In this document: positions 29,601-38,080 of the stretch, piece by piece
Layout: each line of letters opens with the position of its first letter
Numbering within the stretch: position 1 is the first letter of the stretch
DNA from: Thermoproteota archaeon
Lineage (GTDB): Archaea; Thermoproteota; Thermoprotei; Thermofilales; B9-G17
Direction: 5' to 3'
Assembly: GCA_029258885.1 (NCBI GenBank)
Contig: JAPDJW010000009.1
Coordinates: 64,001 to 128,000 of the forward strand
DNA length: 64,000 nt
Position numbers and translations under genes: made by a program
Notes under the pieces: model-generated
Told to the model about the DNA's origin: nothing
Databases searched by the model: none
The model's input: the letters and a program-made list of their open reading frames with translations, nothing else

Positions 29601-31054
29601 AGAACATAGGATTAGCCACAATAAAAATATGGTCACTTCAGCCTAGGGGGGCGGCAGGCCAGCAGTTCATAATTCATGCAGTGGATCCGGCTACACTCAG
29701 GAAGATGGATATAAGGGGAATATATGGGCTTATGCCTGAAGAATACGAGTTAGTAGCTAAAAACATAACTCTCATAGAAGGCAAATGGTTTGACGAAACA
29801 GATGTATTTGTCTGTATTATACCCGAAAGCCTACACGAGCTGTTTGAACTGAACGTCGGAGACGAAATACTGATACAGGGGCTTAAGCTTAGGATTATAG
29901 GAATATTTAGCGATACATTGCTGGCGAACTTAAGGGAGATAGATAACCGCGAATTAACGCCAATAATAGGTAGCCAGGGAGGCCTTCCGATACATTCGCG
30001 TCCATCATACACGATTATAGTCCCGGTTAAGCTTGTGATCTATCAGCCATGGCTCACGCAGGGAGTAGGCGTAGACTTCCAGGTAGCGCAGATAACTGCT
30101 AGAGTTGAGGCAGATAAGGAGAGGCTAATGGATATAGCCGAGGAGATAGCGTTAACTCATCCAGGCTTCGATATATTCATAGGCTACGGCGACAAGATAT
30201 ACCACTTGAGTAAAAGAGCGGCGCTCCAGGTGGCTGGACTAGAGTATATGATCATACCCATCATAATTTCGGTATTAAATATTGTAACAATGGTTCTGGC
30301 AGCTGTCTACGAGAGAATGCGTGAAATATTTGTCTACTCTGCCTTAGGCCTAGCCCCGGTACATGTCGGACTAATGTTTCTAGCAGAGTTTTCAGTATAT
30401 GCCATATTTGGATCATTAGTCGGATACACTATAGCGGTAGCTTTCCTCAGAGCGTTTTCCGGCATGGTTGGAATATATCCGAACTATATATCAGCCTACG
30501 TAATGATGACGATAGGAATATCGGTACTGTCGGTACTCGTTGCAACGCTGTATCCAATGTTTAAGATAACTAGGATAGCATTACCTTCGTTAAAGAGGAG
30601 GTGGGAACTGCCCACAAAGCCCGCGGGTGATATCTGGAATATACCATTGCCATTTTTCGCATCCTCAAGAGAGGAGGCTATAGGGGTTCTATGGTATTTA
30701 GCTGAATTTGCTGCAATGCATAGAAGTGAGGAGTTCGGAAAATTTGTAGCAACAAATATCTCCGGAGCAATATCTGAAGATGAGATGGAGCTCAAATTTA
30801 GGGCAAGAATAGCTCCGTGGAGAGCAGGCATAGAGCAGGATGTAGCAATTAAGGCAATGTATTTCAAGGAGAGGAATAACTGGACGTTTAATCTCGTACT
30901 AAAGAGGATAAGTGGAGACTATAGGACATGGAGATCGGCCAACTACGTATTCGTGGATACTGTTAGGAAGCAGTTCCTGCTCTGGAGAAGCCAACCGCCT
31001 GAGAAAAAGAAGGAGTACTTCGAGAAGGGGCTTAAACGTTTTAGCGGAGGATGA
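26606..31054 (+). CDS. Large membrane protein: PA + M28 peptidase-like domain fused to MacB/FtsX-like permease
   Basis: PA-like YEGKLVYVGDA; SHFDS...GASDAIG...SGHYQGL; multiple TMs; FtsX motif VYERMREIFVYSALGLAPVHVGLMFLAEF. Confidence 0.85.
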   Translation: MKKSIFIIALLILTIALRFGLADPSASVSIDDIVDYVEKINGFKPRFTGYEGCREAARYIFNEFSKYLDNVTWETYPILIPYDAGSTLIVKVGGEEYSFKVYPFLPNDVQTCYGEYEGKLVYVGDASYTSLNGKELNGSIAVVELDCYISWVRLIDFGVKAVVFIPKYDVNRLQMEGKYLDIPVKFPRALLSLNDRERIIRLLRENMELEAKLKIGMKWEVKSCDVIYGYINGASKPDEVVVLLSHFDSYSWAPSLPTGASDAIGISILMELARVFSVNRPERSILFVAVSGHYQGLYGTRMFIERHILNESDRLNLLASNKKIFVIDLKVFDDDSRVSFLYVSYFYDASTGGISVSARQRYVEVAKGIDKVLDYLSSNMPEGLDEEYISHEYEMLSISQGTNDWQRLFPRPIHIDAEAFFRVGLASVCFHTAYSFRKYLGTELDTPERINWENVLKQAVFIESVVNTIVNDVKYGFFENLVSGLATTGPKRSGSYGESFGDFVGKIVTWDPDKANWVPLSEAGLKPAIVSIRLGGATFSGSQWNVRFYLLTDKDGVFTLNGSLIGWGASYEVRAYIMDENYNIIYVSDFGRHGGEVWSNTFLLNAPIVGSKDNPRLFVVFKASGIVLPKILDPLVVSEPLSQSNNLYPDGAYENSFSIEVLEEDTGVPPDAYSWYMDPKGIGVVFLQPNSKALVVMRTKGREYPIGFIIVNSGDAGTEAIYTRFLERISLSVMKLALERRNRLKSFGVTNYMLEKFISMASEKEAKLQALIEDKRYDEYFVESVDLLGLAYNSYAFSRGLYMDVILSTVLLFILILVFSILLEKTLTGDKSAKIRAFSLISIFTVTLVTLSILHPGFTLAANIIMVEIGFVMLLFIGLILFILFLEFTVFLQTYRRERLGVHFMESRGIEVGVLAMSTGTEYMKRRKIRTLLTLISITVIAFALVTFTSGQTMIVITPKVFEPELKKTLYNGILLERIATVNNPLSIELYEYLKIKLKNIGLATIKIWSLQPRGAAGQQFIIHAVDPATLRKMDIRGIYGLMPEEYELVAKNITLIEGKWFDETDVFVCIIPESLHELFELNVGDEILIQGLKLRIIGIFSDTLLANLREIDNRELTPIIGSQGGLPIHSRPSYTIIVPVKLVIYQPWLTQGVGVDFQVAQITARVEADKERLMDIAEEIALTHPGFDIFIGYGDKIYHLSKRAALQVAGLEYMIIPIIISVLNIVTMVLAAVYERMREIFVYSALGLAPVHVGLMFLAEFSVYAIFGSLVGYTIAVAFLRAFSGMVGIYPNYISAYVMMTIGISVLSVLVATLYPMFKITRIALPSLKRRWELPTKPAGDIWNIPLPFFASSREEAIGVLWYLAEFAAMHRSEEFGKFVATNISGAISEDEMELKFRARIAPWRAGIEQDVAIKAMYFKERNNWTFNLVLKRISGDYRTWRSANYVFVDTVRKQFLLWRSQPPEKKKEYFEKGLKRFSGG

Positions 31055-31112
31055 ATATTATGGGTTTTAAATATATTTATAAATTCAATGGGATATTAAA
31101 GAAGTTTTCACA

Positions 31113-31128
31113 AAAACTTATATACTCT
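31113..31128 (+). promoter_or_regulatory. BRE/TATA-like promoter, second copy of the 16-mer
   Basis: AAAACTTATATACTCT, 51 bp upstream of ATG 31180. Confidence 0.65.
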
Positions 31129-31179
31129 TAGAGGATATTATTATCTATCCATAACTAATATTAAGGAGGTTCTTTACGT

Positions 31180-33171
31180 ATGTCAGACTCCTCTGAATTC
31201 TTGGGTATTTCTAGAAAAGCATTCCTAACGGCTATATTAATCTCAATAATTCTACCGATAGTCCTGCAGCTTAACTACGCTCTCCTATTCCCGTACACGT
31301 ACGCTGAATGGGGATGGATGAAAGGGCCCTGGATAGTTGCGCTAATATTGGGTCTATTCATAGGACTCTTATCGCGAGTATCGAATAAGTTCAGGATAAG
31401 CAAGACGGACTTCACCGTAATATATGCAGCTATCCTCATATCCTCAGTATTCTACCTAGTACCATCATATACGTTAGGCTGGTTCACGTACATGGTTTAC
31501 GATGAAGGAAGGAGACTTAAGATACTTGGAGGAGAGGATGCACCTTTCATGCCGGATCTATGGGTTCCAAAGAGCATAGATGTACTCGTGGGAATGTTTA
31601 AGCCCGGTAGACCCTACGTACCGTGGGGCGCCTGGGCTGGGCCACTAGGATACTGGATAGTATTCTTCATAGCGCTAGGGCTAGTTCAAATAGGTATAGC
31701 AACAATACTGAGGAAACAGTTTATAGAGATTGAACGGCTACCCTTCCCTTACGCTATGGCGGGCATCGATATATGGCGGGCATCAAACATAGCTGGCTTT
31801 GAGGAGAGGCCCGGAAAGATATTCGGGATAAACTCCCTATGGCTCGGCGCGCTTCTAGCGTTCATACTGTATCTGCCGGGAGCCCTCGCATCCCTATCGG
31901 CTGGAGCTATAAGTCCACCACAGGCATACTGGGACAATATATGGCCTGGATGGGGGATCGATTTATCTCCAGTTATAACCTATAACGTTGCACTAAGAGT
32001 TTCACTATCTCCAGCATACATATCCCTCGCACTTCTATGGCCGATGGAGATATTGATTACTGCGGTTGTATGGTATGCGTTAATGTATATAGTTTTACCT
32101 CCGATACAGGTATTTGCAGGCGTAACAACGATATTCGAGACTCAGTATGCGCATGAAAACTATTATAGAACTGGACACTGGTATGGAGCACTTATGGTGC
32201 ATTTTGTAACCAGAGGCATGATAGTGGGATTAGCCATAGTTACGATAGCTTTCTCATGGAGATTATTTAAAGATGCATTTAAAGGAGGAAAAATCGAGAG
32301 AACATCTTCTATTCTAATAATTGTTGGACTAGTCCTCGACATATTATTGTTGTTAGCCGCAGGCGTCGATGCATGGGCAGCGGTATTCCTTCCAGTATTC
32401 GCAATTCTCCTATATATAACATTCGCTAGAGTTAGAGCTGAGGCTGGATGGGATACGTGCTACGGCACATATGGGCCATGGTATCACGAGATGGTTCAGC
32501 TACCCTATATACCCTATCAGGCATCCTTAACGTACAATACACCGCAGGCCTGCAGGTCGGTTCTGCCCTTCATTCCACTAGTAACAGATAGGGCTCTAGT
32601 GGCTATGCAACTTCCACCGGTTATGGAAGCGTATAAGATAGCCAGCGAAACTAAGGTCTCTCCGAAGGTTATATTCAAGATATCAATTATATCAATGGTT
32701 ATATCGGTAGTTATTGGCTTCATCCTGACGGTATGGGGAGCATACACCTATGTGTGGGATATAGGATGGGTTGGCGCAGCGGATAAGGTAATGTGGAGCG
32801 ACTGGGTGTCTGCAATGATCTATGAGGGACAAGTTATACATCAAGCCAACGACTGGAGGCTCTGGATGCCTCAGTTTATAAGCGGAATAGTTCTAGCGGG
32901 ATTCATAGAGTATGCGAGAAGAATATTCATATGGTTCCCATTCAGCGTAGCCGGAATAATACTTGGAGACGCAGCATTAACTGGAAGCTTCATGTTCATA
33001 CCAAACCTACTAGCGTTTGTAATCAAGTTCGTAGCAATAAGGTTCGGCGGAGTCAAGGTCTATGAAAACTACATAAGGCCGTTCTGTACGGGCTTCTTCA
33101 CAGTATCCTGGATCATGGTGTGGCTAAACGTAATAGGGGTAAGGCATCCAATACTAGCTCCAACAGCATAA
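31180..33171 (+). CDS. DUF6785/DUF6784-type polytopic membrane protein (distant OPT-like transporter)
   Basis: PWGAWAGPLGYW, RKQFIEIERLPFP, RVRAEAG, RFGGVKVYENYIRPF; many TM segments. Confidence 0.7.
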   Translation: MSDSSEFLGISRKAFLTAILISIILPIVLQLNYALLFPYTYAEWGWMKGPWIVALILGLFIGLLSRVSNKFRISKTDFTVIYAAILISSVFYLVPSYTLGWFTYMVYDEGRRLKILGGEDAPFMPDLWVPKSIDVLVGMFKPGRPYVPWGAWAGPLGYWIVFFIALGLVQIGIATILRKQFIEIERLPFPYAMAGIDIWRASNIAGFEERPGKIFGINSLWLGALLAFILYLPGALASLSAGAISPPQAYWDNIWPGWGIDLSPVITYNVALRVSLSPAYISLALLWPMEILITAVVWYALMYIVLPPIQVFAGVTTIFETQYAHENYYRTGHWYGALMVHFVTRGMIVGLAIVTIAFSWRLFKDAFKGGKIERTSSILIIVGLVLDILLLLAAGVDAWAAVFLPVFAILLYITFARVRAEAGWDTCYGTYGPWYHEMVQLPYIPYQASLTYNTPQACRSVLPFIPLVTDRALVAMQLPPVMEAYKIASETKVSPKVIFKISIISMVISVVIGFILTVWGAYTYVWDIGWVGAADKVMWSDWVSAMIYEGQVIHQANDWRLWMPQFISGIVLAGFIEYARRIFIWFPFSVAGIILGDAALTGSFMFIPNLLAFVIKFVAIRFGGVKVYENYIRPFCTGFFTVSWIMVWLNVIGVRHPILAPTA

Positions 33172-33181
33172 CCTTTTCTTT

Positions 33182-35080
33182 TTGGTGAATCTAATGGAGG
33201 TTTTAAAGCCTAAAGTATCTTGGCGTGTATACGTTGGATTAATAATAACTGGATTCGTCTTCCTGCCCGTATCCATATGGCTCCAGTGGACGATAGGTCT
33301 AGATACATTCTCTATATTAACATCAATAGAATTCACCGTACTATTGCTTGTTGTGTTTTTCGCATCGCTTTCAGGACAATCTGTAAGTAAACAGGAGGCA
33401 TTCATATTATACGGTAACGCTGGAGCAGTGCTTACACAGACCGTAGCTACTGGGCTCATATTAAGGTGGTACATAAGGTCATCGGAGTGGGCGTATAGGT
33501 TTAAGCTGGCAGACTTGATTCCAAGCTGGTATGCACCGCCTCCAAGCATACCTCATACACTATTTGATGCCTCCTGGATTCCCGTGCTTATAGTCCTAAT
33601 ATTATCGCTCGGAATCGTAGTTAACGCGCTGGATTTGTCGGTAGGGTACATATGCTATTACCTCTGGGGTAGGTTGGAGAAACTACCATTCCCGACGGCC
33701 AGAGCATGGGCTGAAGCAAGCATAGTAATACCCGAGAGACGGAGATACAAGGAGCGATTCATTAGCTCAATAATGGCTGCGCTATTAAGCATGAGTATAA
33801 GCGGAGTAATATTCTTCATATATAGGGAGATATGGGTAGACATGACCTATCTAATGGAGCCGTTCATGCCCGGCTCAACCCTAGCCTTCGTACTAGATGT
33901 CATATCATTTTCTATGGGCTTTATAATACCGTTCAATGTAACTGTTTCAATGTTTATAGGTGCTTTAATATCAAATCTCATAGGACCTCACTTAGCCTAT
34001 AAAGCTGGCCTATTTACTACCTGGCAGCCTGGAATGAGCTTCGACCTAGTATACCAGTATTCACAAGTTGAGCTATGGATGTCGACGACGATCGGCTTTT
34101 CCCTCGCTCTAGCGGCTTATTCACTAGCTAAATACAGGAGGTATTTCATAACAGCCTTCTCCACACTAACAAGAAGAGGAATGATAGGAGAAGAGAAGAC
34201 GCTGAAGTTTGCAGTAACTATATTTATTACCGCTGGCTCTCTTATCGCGTTAATATCATATATACTAGTGGCGAGCGACGTTCCGCTCTGGATGCTCCTA
34301 CTATTCCTTATGCTGGCTATCCCATGGGTACTCGTATACAACCTAGTAGCATCGAGAATAACGGCTGAGACAGGAATGGGTATAGGAATACCATTCCTGA
34401 GAGAAGCTATACTCTTCGGCTCTGGATATAAAGGCGTAGATGCATGGTTCATACCCCTCTTCGATCCATCAGCAGCAACAGGAGCAGCGGCTGCCGGATG
34501 GGCTTCGGTATATATGGCTTGTGACTGGACGGAGACATCGAAGTCGGAGTACCTTAAAGCTTTCGTATTTGCAATGATTCTCGGCTACATCCTATCGTTC
34601 GTTTTCGTAGAGGCTTTCTGGAAGATAGCTCCAATACCCTCCAGAGCATATCCAGCAACGGCTGCAAGATGGCCGCTAATAGCCTACTGGTCCCTGATAT
34701 GGCCAGCCATAGGTAGCGGAAGGCTAGCGGGAACTACATTACCTCCACTAGTGAAGGCACTATTCAGGAACCTTACGATCCAAAATATTAGTGCGGCTTT
34801 TATAGTAGGTCTAGTGCTCCAGGTAGTAACTGTAAGATTTAACCTACCCTTCTCCGTAGCCGCATTTATAGGAGGATTTAGTGGAATGATACCGTATATA
34901 ATAACGATATTTGCAGGCGGTATAGTAAATAAGCTCATAGAGAGGTCTCTTGGAAAGGAGAAATGGGAGAAATATAGAGTAAGCGTAGCCATAGGGCTAC
35001 AGCTGGGAGAGGGTATAATAATTGCAATCTACGCCATGTACCTGATAATACAGAAATCCATGTGGATATGGCCAGTATAG
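33182..35080 (+). CDS. OPT/YSL-like putative transporter
   Basis: LEKLPFPTA, SKQEAFIL, FWKIAPIPSRAYP, VAIGLQLGEG; many TM segments. Confidence 0.7.
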   Translation: MVNLMEVLKPKVSWRVYVGLIITGFVFLPVSIWLQWTIGLDTFSILTSIEFTVLLLVVFFASLSGQSVSKQEAFILYGNAGAVLTQTVATGLILRWYIRSSEWAYRFKLADLIPSWYAPPPSIPHTLFDASWIPVLIVLILSLGIVVNALDLSVGYICYYLWGRLEKLPFPTARAWAEASIVIPERRRYKERFISSIMAALLSMSISGVIFFIYREIWVDMTYLMEPFMPGSTLAFVLDVISFSMGFIIPFNVTVSMFIGALISNLIGPHLAYKAGLFTTWQPGMSFDLVYQYSQVELWMSTTIGFSLALAAYSLAKYRRYFITAFSTLTRRGMIGEEKTLKFAVTIFITAGSLIALISYILVASDVPLWMLLLFLMLAIPWVLVYNLVASRITAETGMGIGIPFLREAILFGSGYKGVDAWFIPLFDPSAATGAAAAGWASVYMACDWTETSKSEYLKAFVFAMILGYILSFVFVEAFWKIAPIPSRAYPATAARWPLIAYWSLIWPAIGSGRLAGTTLPPLVKALFRNLTIQNISAAFIVGLVLQVVTVRFNLPFSVAAFIGGFSGMIPYIITIFAGGIVNKLIERSLGKEKWEKYRVSVAIGLQLGEGIIIAIYAMYLIIQKSMWIWPV

Positions 35081-35147
35081 AGCTGTTTGCTTCAATACTT
35101 ATATATATCGTATCGGGTCGTATAAACCTAAAACCTACATCGTAGAG

Positions 35148-38069
35148 GTGATATGTATGAAAATATCATTATTATTAATAATAGGTCTTCTCATCACAGT
35201 CCTATCCCCGGTTGCACTGTATGTGGTCGCTCAAGATCAGATAGTAGTTAGTGATAAAGGAAGTTTTGTTGTTGTTGACAACGGTGTTCTTAGAATAGAG
35301 TTTCTCAAACAGGGCGTTAGAGCTAGGTCATGGTTAATTAAATCCTCCGGCCTAGATCTTGCTGCGAATTCGGGAAGTAGGGGGGATATGGGTAGGAGCT
35401 ACCCGCTCTGGGATTGGCTTACAAATCAGCCTTGGCCCGGGGAACTGTGCTTAAACACGTACACTTTTAAACTTGTTGAGAAGAGCTCAAGTAAGGCTGT
35501 GCTTGAATTTTCAACAAATATTACTCAAGGCGATGTAGCTGGCCTTACTGTGAAGAAGACTATAGTGGTCTACTACGGTAAATATTACCTCGATATAGTG
35601 GTTACAATAGAGAATCCTACTTCTAAAAGTATAACTATTAGGGACACGTTCTACGATGGCAAGCTGGGCTATACGTTCGCCTGGGCTGGTGTTCTCGGAA
35701 ACTCCGGCCTAAACGATTTACAGGCATGGAAGTACAATGATATAACGATTACAGATAAGAAGGAGCACTTCGTAAGGGATGACGTAACAAACCTAAAGTG
35801 GATAGCCGTATACGATGCTGAGGAGGGATGTATAGCTGCAATAATCATACATAACAAGACTGCGGCTGTATGGAGGGAGGCTGATCCGAACTGGGGCACC
35901 GAGGTTAGGGTTGAGTTCCCCAGCACTACTGTGGGAGCTGGAAAGAAGATAAGCTACGTCTTTAACGTATACGGTGGACCAATAGATGCCAGGTATCTTT
36001 CGGAAATAGGGCTACAGGAAATGGCTAGAAGGTTTTCAATAATAGTTAGAGCTACAACTGATAAAGTGGTATATACGCTGGGAGAGAAGGCTGAGCTTAC
36101 CGTGAACGTAACTAATAATGGAGCTGAAGACCTGAGAGCGGATGTAAAGGTTGATGTATACCTCAAGGGAGTCCTTAAATACAGCACGTATATTGCTGAA
36201 GATGTTACGGTAGCTTCGGGACAAACATATCGAATATCGAAGTACGTTGATTTACCCGCAGGCGAGGGCATAGTTACGTTTATTGTAAAGGTTCTCGAGG
36301 ACGATACTGAGCTGTCGTCCATATTCATAAGAGCTGGAGTAGCTGATCCATCTAAGAGGAAGCCGCTTTACATAGCGTTTGTATGGCATCACCATCAGGC
36401 GCCTAACTTTTATCCAAACGGCGTGTACCACGGTTTATGGGCTTTTGTACATACATATGAAAACGAGTTTTCACCATACTATGAGGGTGGAGCGTACTTA
36501 GTGCATACTTATATACACGAGCAGGTTCCCGAGATAAAGGATAACGACCACCTATCCCCGTCGCTGTTATATCAGTGGCACCAGGCGATAACTGAGGGAT
36601 ATAAGACATCTCCCTATTCCAAGGTTAAGCCTGATGATCCACGTGTCCAGAGAGTTAAGGAGGCTCTCAACAACTATAAGCAACTCTATATGGAGGGTAG
36701 GATAGAGATTTTAACCAGCTTCTTCGCTCACCCCATAGCTGGGTATGAAATTAACTATTTCTCAAGCAAAGGATTCGGCGATACAATATACAGGATACTT
36801 AAGTGGGAGCTTTTATATGGGAAGAAAATTACTGAGGAGGTCACTGGAGCGAAGCCTGAGGGAGCATGGACTCCCGAGATGTTCTGGGATATGAAGCTCG
36901 TGAAGCTATACAATGAGTCTGGCGTAAGATATACGGTTCTATGTAGCCAACATTTCTATCAGTCGAGGGGTGATAAGGGCACTATATACGAACCCTACGT
37001 TGTGGAGGATAAGGATTCGGGAAGAACAATTATAGTATTCTTCCGGGATCAGGGATTAAGCGACTGGATAGGCTTCAATAATAATATGCCCGATGTTTCA
37101 TCGGCTGAGGAAAACGCTAGAAACTACGTGCTGGCTCTCTTTGAACTATACATGGATAACCCCGGAAAACTAGTAGTAATAGCTCTAGATGGAGAAAACT
37201 GGATGCTCATGGCTAGATTCCCATCGACGACGCCAGTATTCCTAAGGAAGATGTGGGAGTATATAGCATCAGCTGAGGTATTTAGAACCGTGACGTTAAA
37301 CGAGGCATTGAAGATAGTTCCGCCGAGAAGAGTATTAACTTACATTCCAACAGGATCCTGGATAGGTCTTACGGCGTCACAGTGGACTGGAGGGGTAAAA
37401 GATCAGCTGTGGAGTTACGTAGCCGATAAAATGAGCACCGTAGATGCATACCTAAGCTTGATACCGAATGAGTACTTTAACCAGCAGGCATTTAATACTT
37501 CCTCTAGGCTGTACGAGGTGTTGAGGGCTATATCGATAGCTTTAGACAGCGACTATTACTGGTACGGAGAATACGAGGGCAATCAGAAGGTAATTAAGAT
37601 GTGGGCCGATAAAGCTGAGGAACTGGCTCTAAGCGAGCTTAGCAAGGTGAAAATTATATCAGTGAATGTGGAGGGAGGTATAAAGGAGGGCGAAGAGGCG
37701 CTGTTTAAAGTAGCTGTCAAGAACGAGTTTCAGTATAACGTGGTAATTAGCCTTAAATTCTCCTCGGATGAGGGCGTAATTGAGACGAAGACATTCAGCG
37801 ATATTAGTGTACCTCCAGGGGAGAGTCAGTACGAGTATAAAGTAAAGTGCATTAAGGGCGGGTCCGGGAGGGTTAGGGTGGATCTAGTGCTTGGAACAAT
37901 TAGTGTATCAAGTATTGAAGTTGAAGTAAGCGCTGAGTCTGTGTTTACTATTCCATCCTACGTAATCGCTATTATAGGCATTATTGTATTCACAGCAATA
38001 ATAGTGGTAATTATAATAAAAGCGAGGAGCATAGCCGAGAAGGAGGGAGCAGGCATACTTAAGTACTAG
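35148..38069 (+). CDS. Secreted, anchored GH57 (amylopullulanase-like) with N-terminal beta-supersandwich and CARDB-like domains
   Basis: WHHHQAP, FAHPI, WTPEM (nucleophile Glu), ALDGENW (acid/base Asp), SDYYW; signal peptide; C-terminal TM. Confidence 0.9.
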   Translation: MICMKISLLLIIGLLITVLSPVALYVVAQDQIVVSDKGSFVVVDNGVLRIEFLKQGVRARSWLIKSSGLDLAANSGSRGDMGRSYPLWDWLTNQPWPGELCLNTYTFKLVEKSSSKAVLEFSTNITQGDVAGLTVKKTIVVYYGKYYLDIVVTIENPTSKSITIRDTFYDGKLGYTFAWAGVLGNSGLNDLQAWKYNDITITDKKEHFVRDDVTNLKWIAVYDAEEGCIAAIIIHNKTAAVWREADPNWGTEVRVEFPSTTVGAGKKISYVFNVYGGPIDARYLSEIGLQEMARRFSIIVRATTDKVVYTLGEKAELTVNVTNNGAEDLRADVKVDVYLKGVLKYSTYIAEDVTVASGQTYRISKYVDLPAGEGIVTFIVKVLEDDTELSSIFIRAGVADPSKRKPLYIAFVWHHHQAPNFYPNGVYHGLWAFVHTYENEFSPYYEGGAYLVHTYIHEQVPEIKDNDHLSPSLLYQWHQAITEGYKTSPYSKVKPDDPRVQRVKEALNNYKQLYMEGRIEILTSFFAHPIAGYEINYFSSKGFGDTIYRILKWELLYGKKITEEVTGAKPEGAWTPEMFWDMKLVKLYNESGVRYTVLCSQHFYQSRGDKGTIYEPYVVEDKDSGRTIIVFFRDQGLSDWIGFNNNMPDVSSAEENARNYVLALFELYMDNPGKLVVIALDGENWMLMARFPSTTPVFLRKMWEYIASAEVFRTVTLNEALKIVPPRRVLTYIPTGSWIGLTASQWTGGVKDQLWSYVADKMSTVDAYLSLIPNEYFNQQAFNTSSRLYEVLRAISIALDSDYYWYGEYEGNQKVIKMWADKAEELALSELSKVKIISVNVEGGIKEGEEALFKVAVKNEFQYNVVISLKFSSDEGVIETKTFSDISVPPGESQYEYKVKCIKGGSGRVRVDLVLGTISVSSIEVEVSAESVFTIPSYVIAIIGIIVFTAIIVVIIIKARSIAEKEGAGILKY

Positions 38070-38080
38070 GGTGCACGGTT

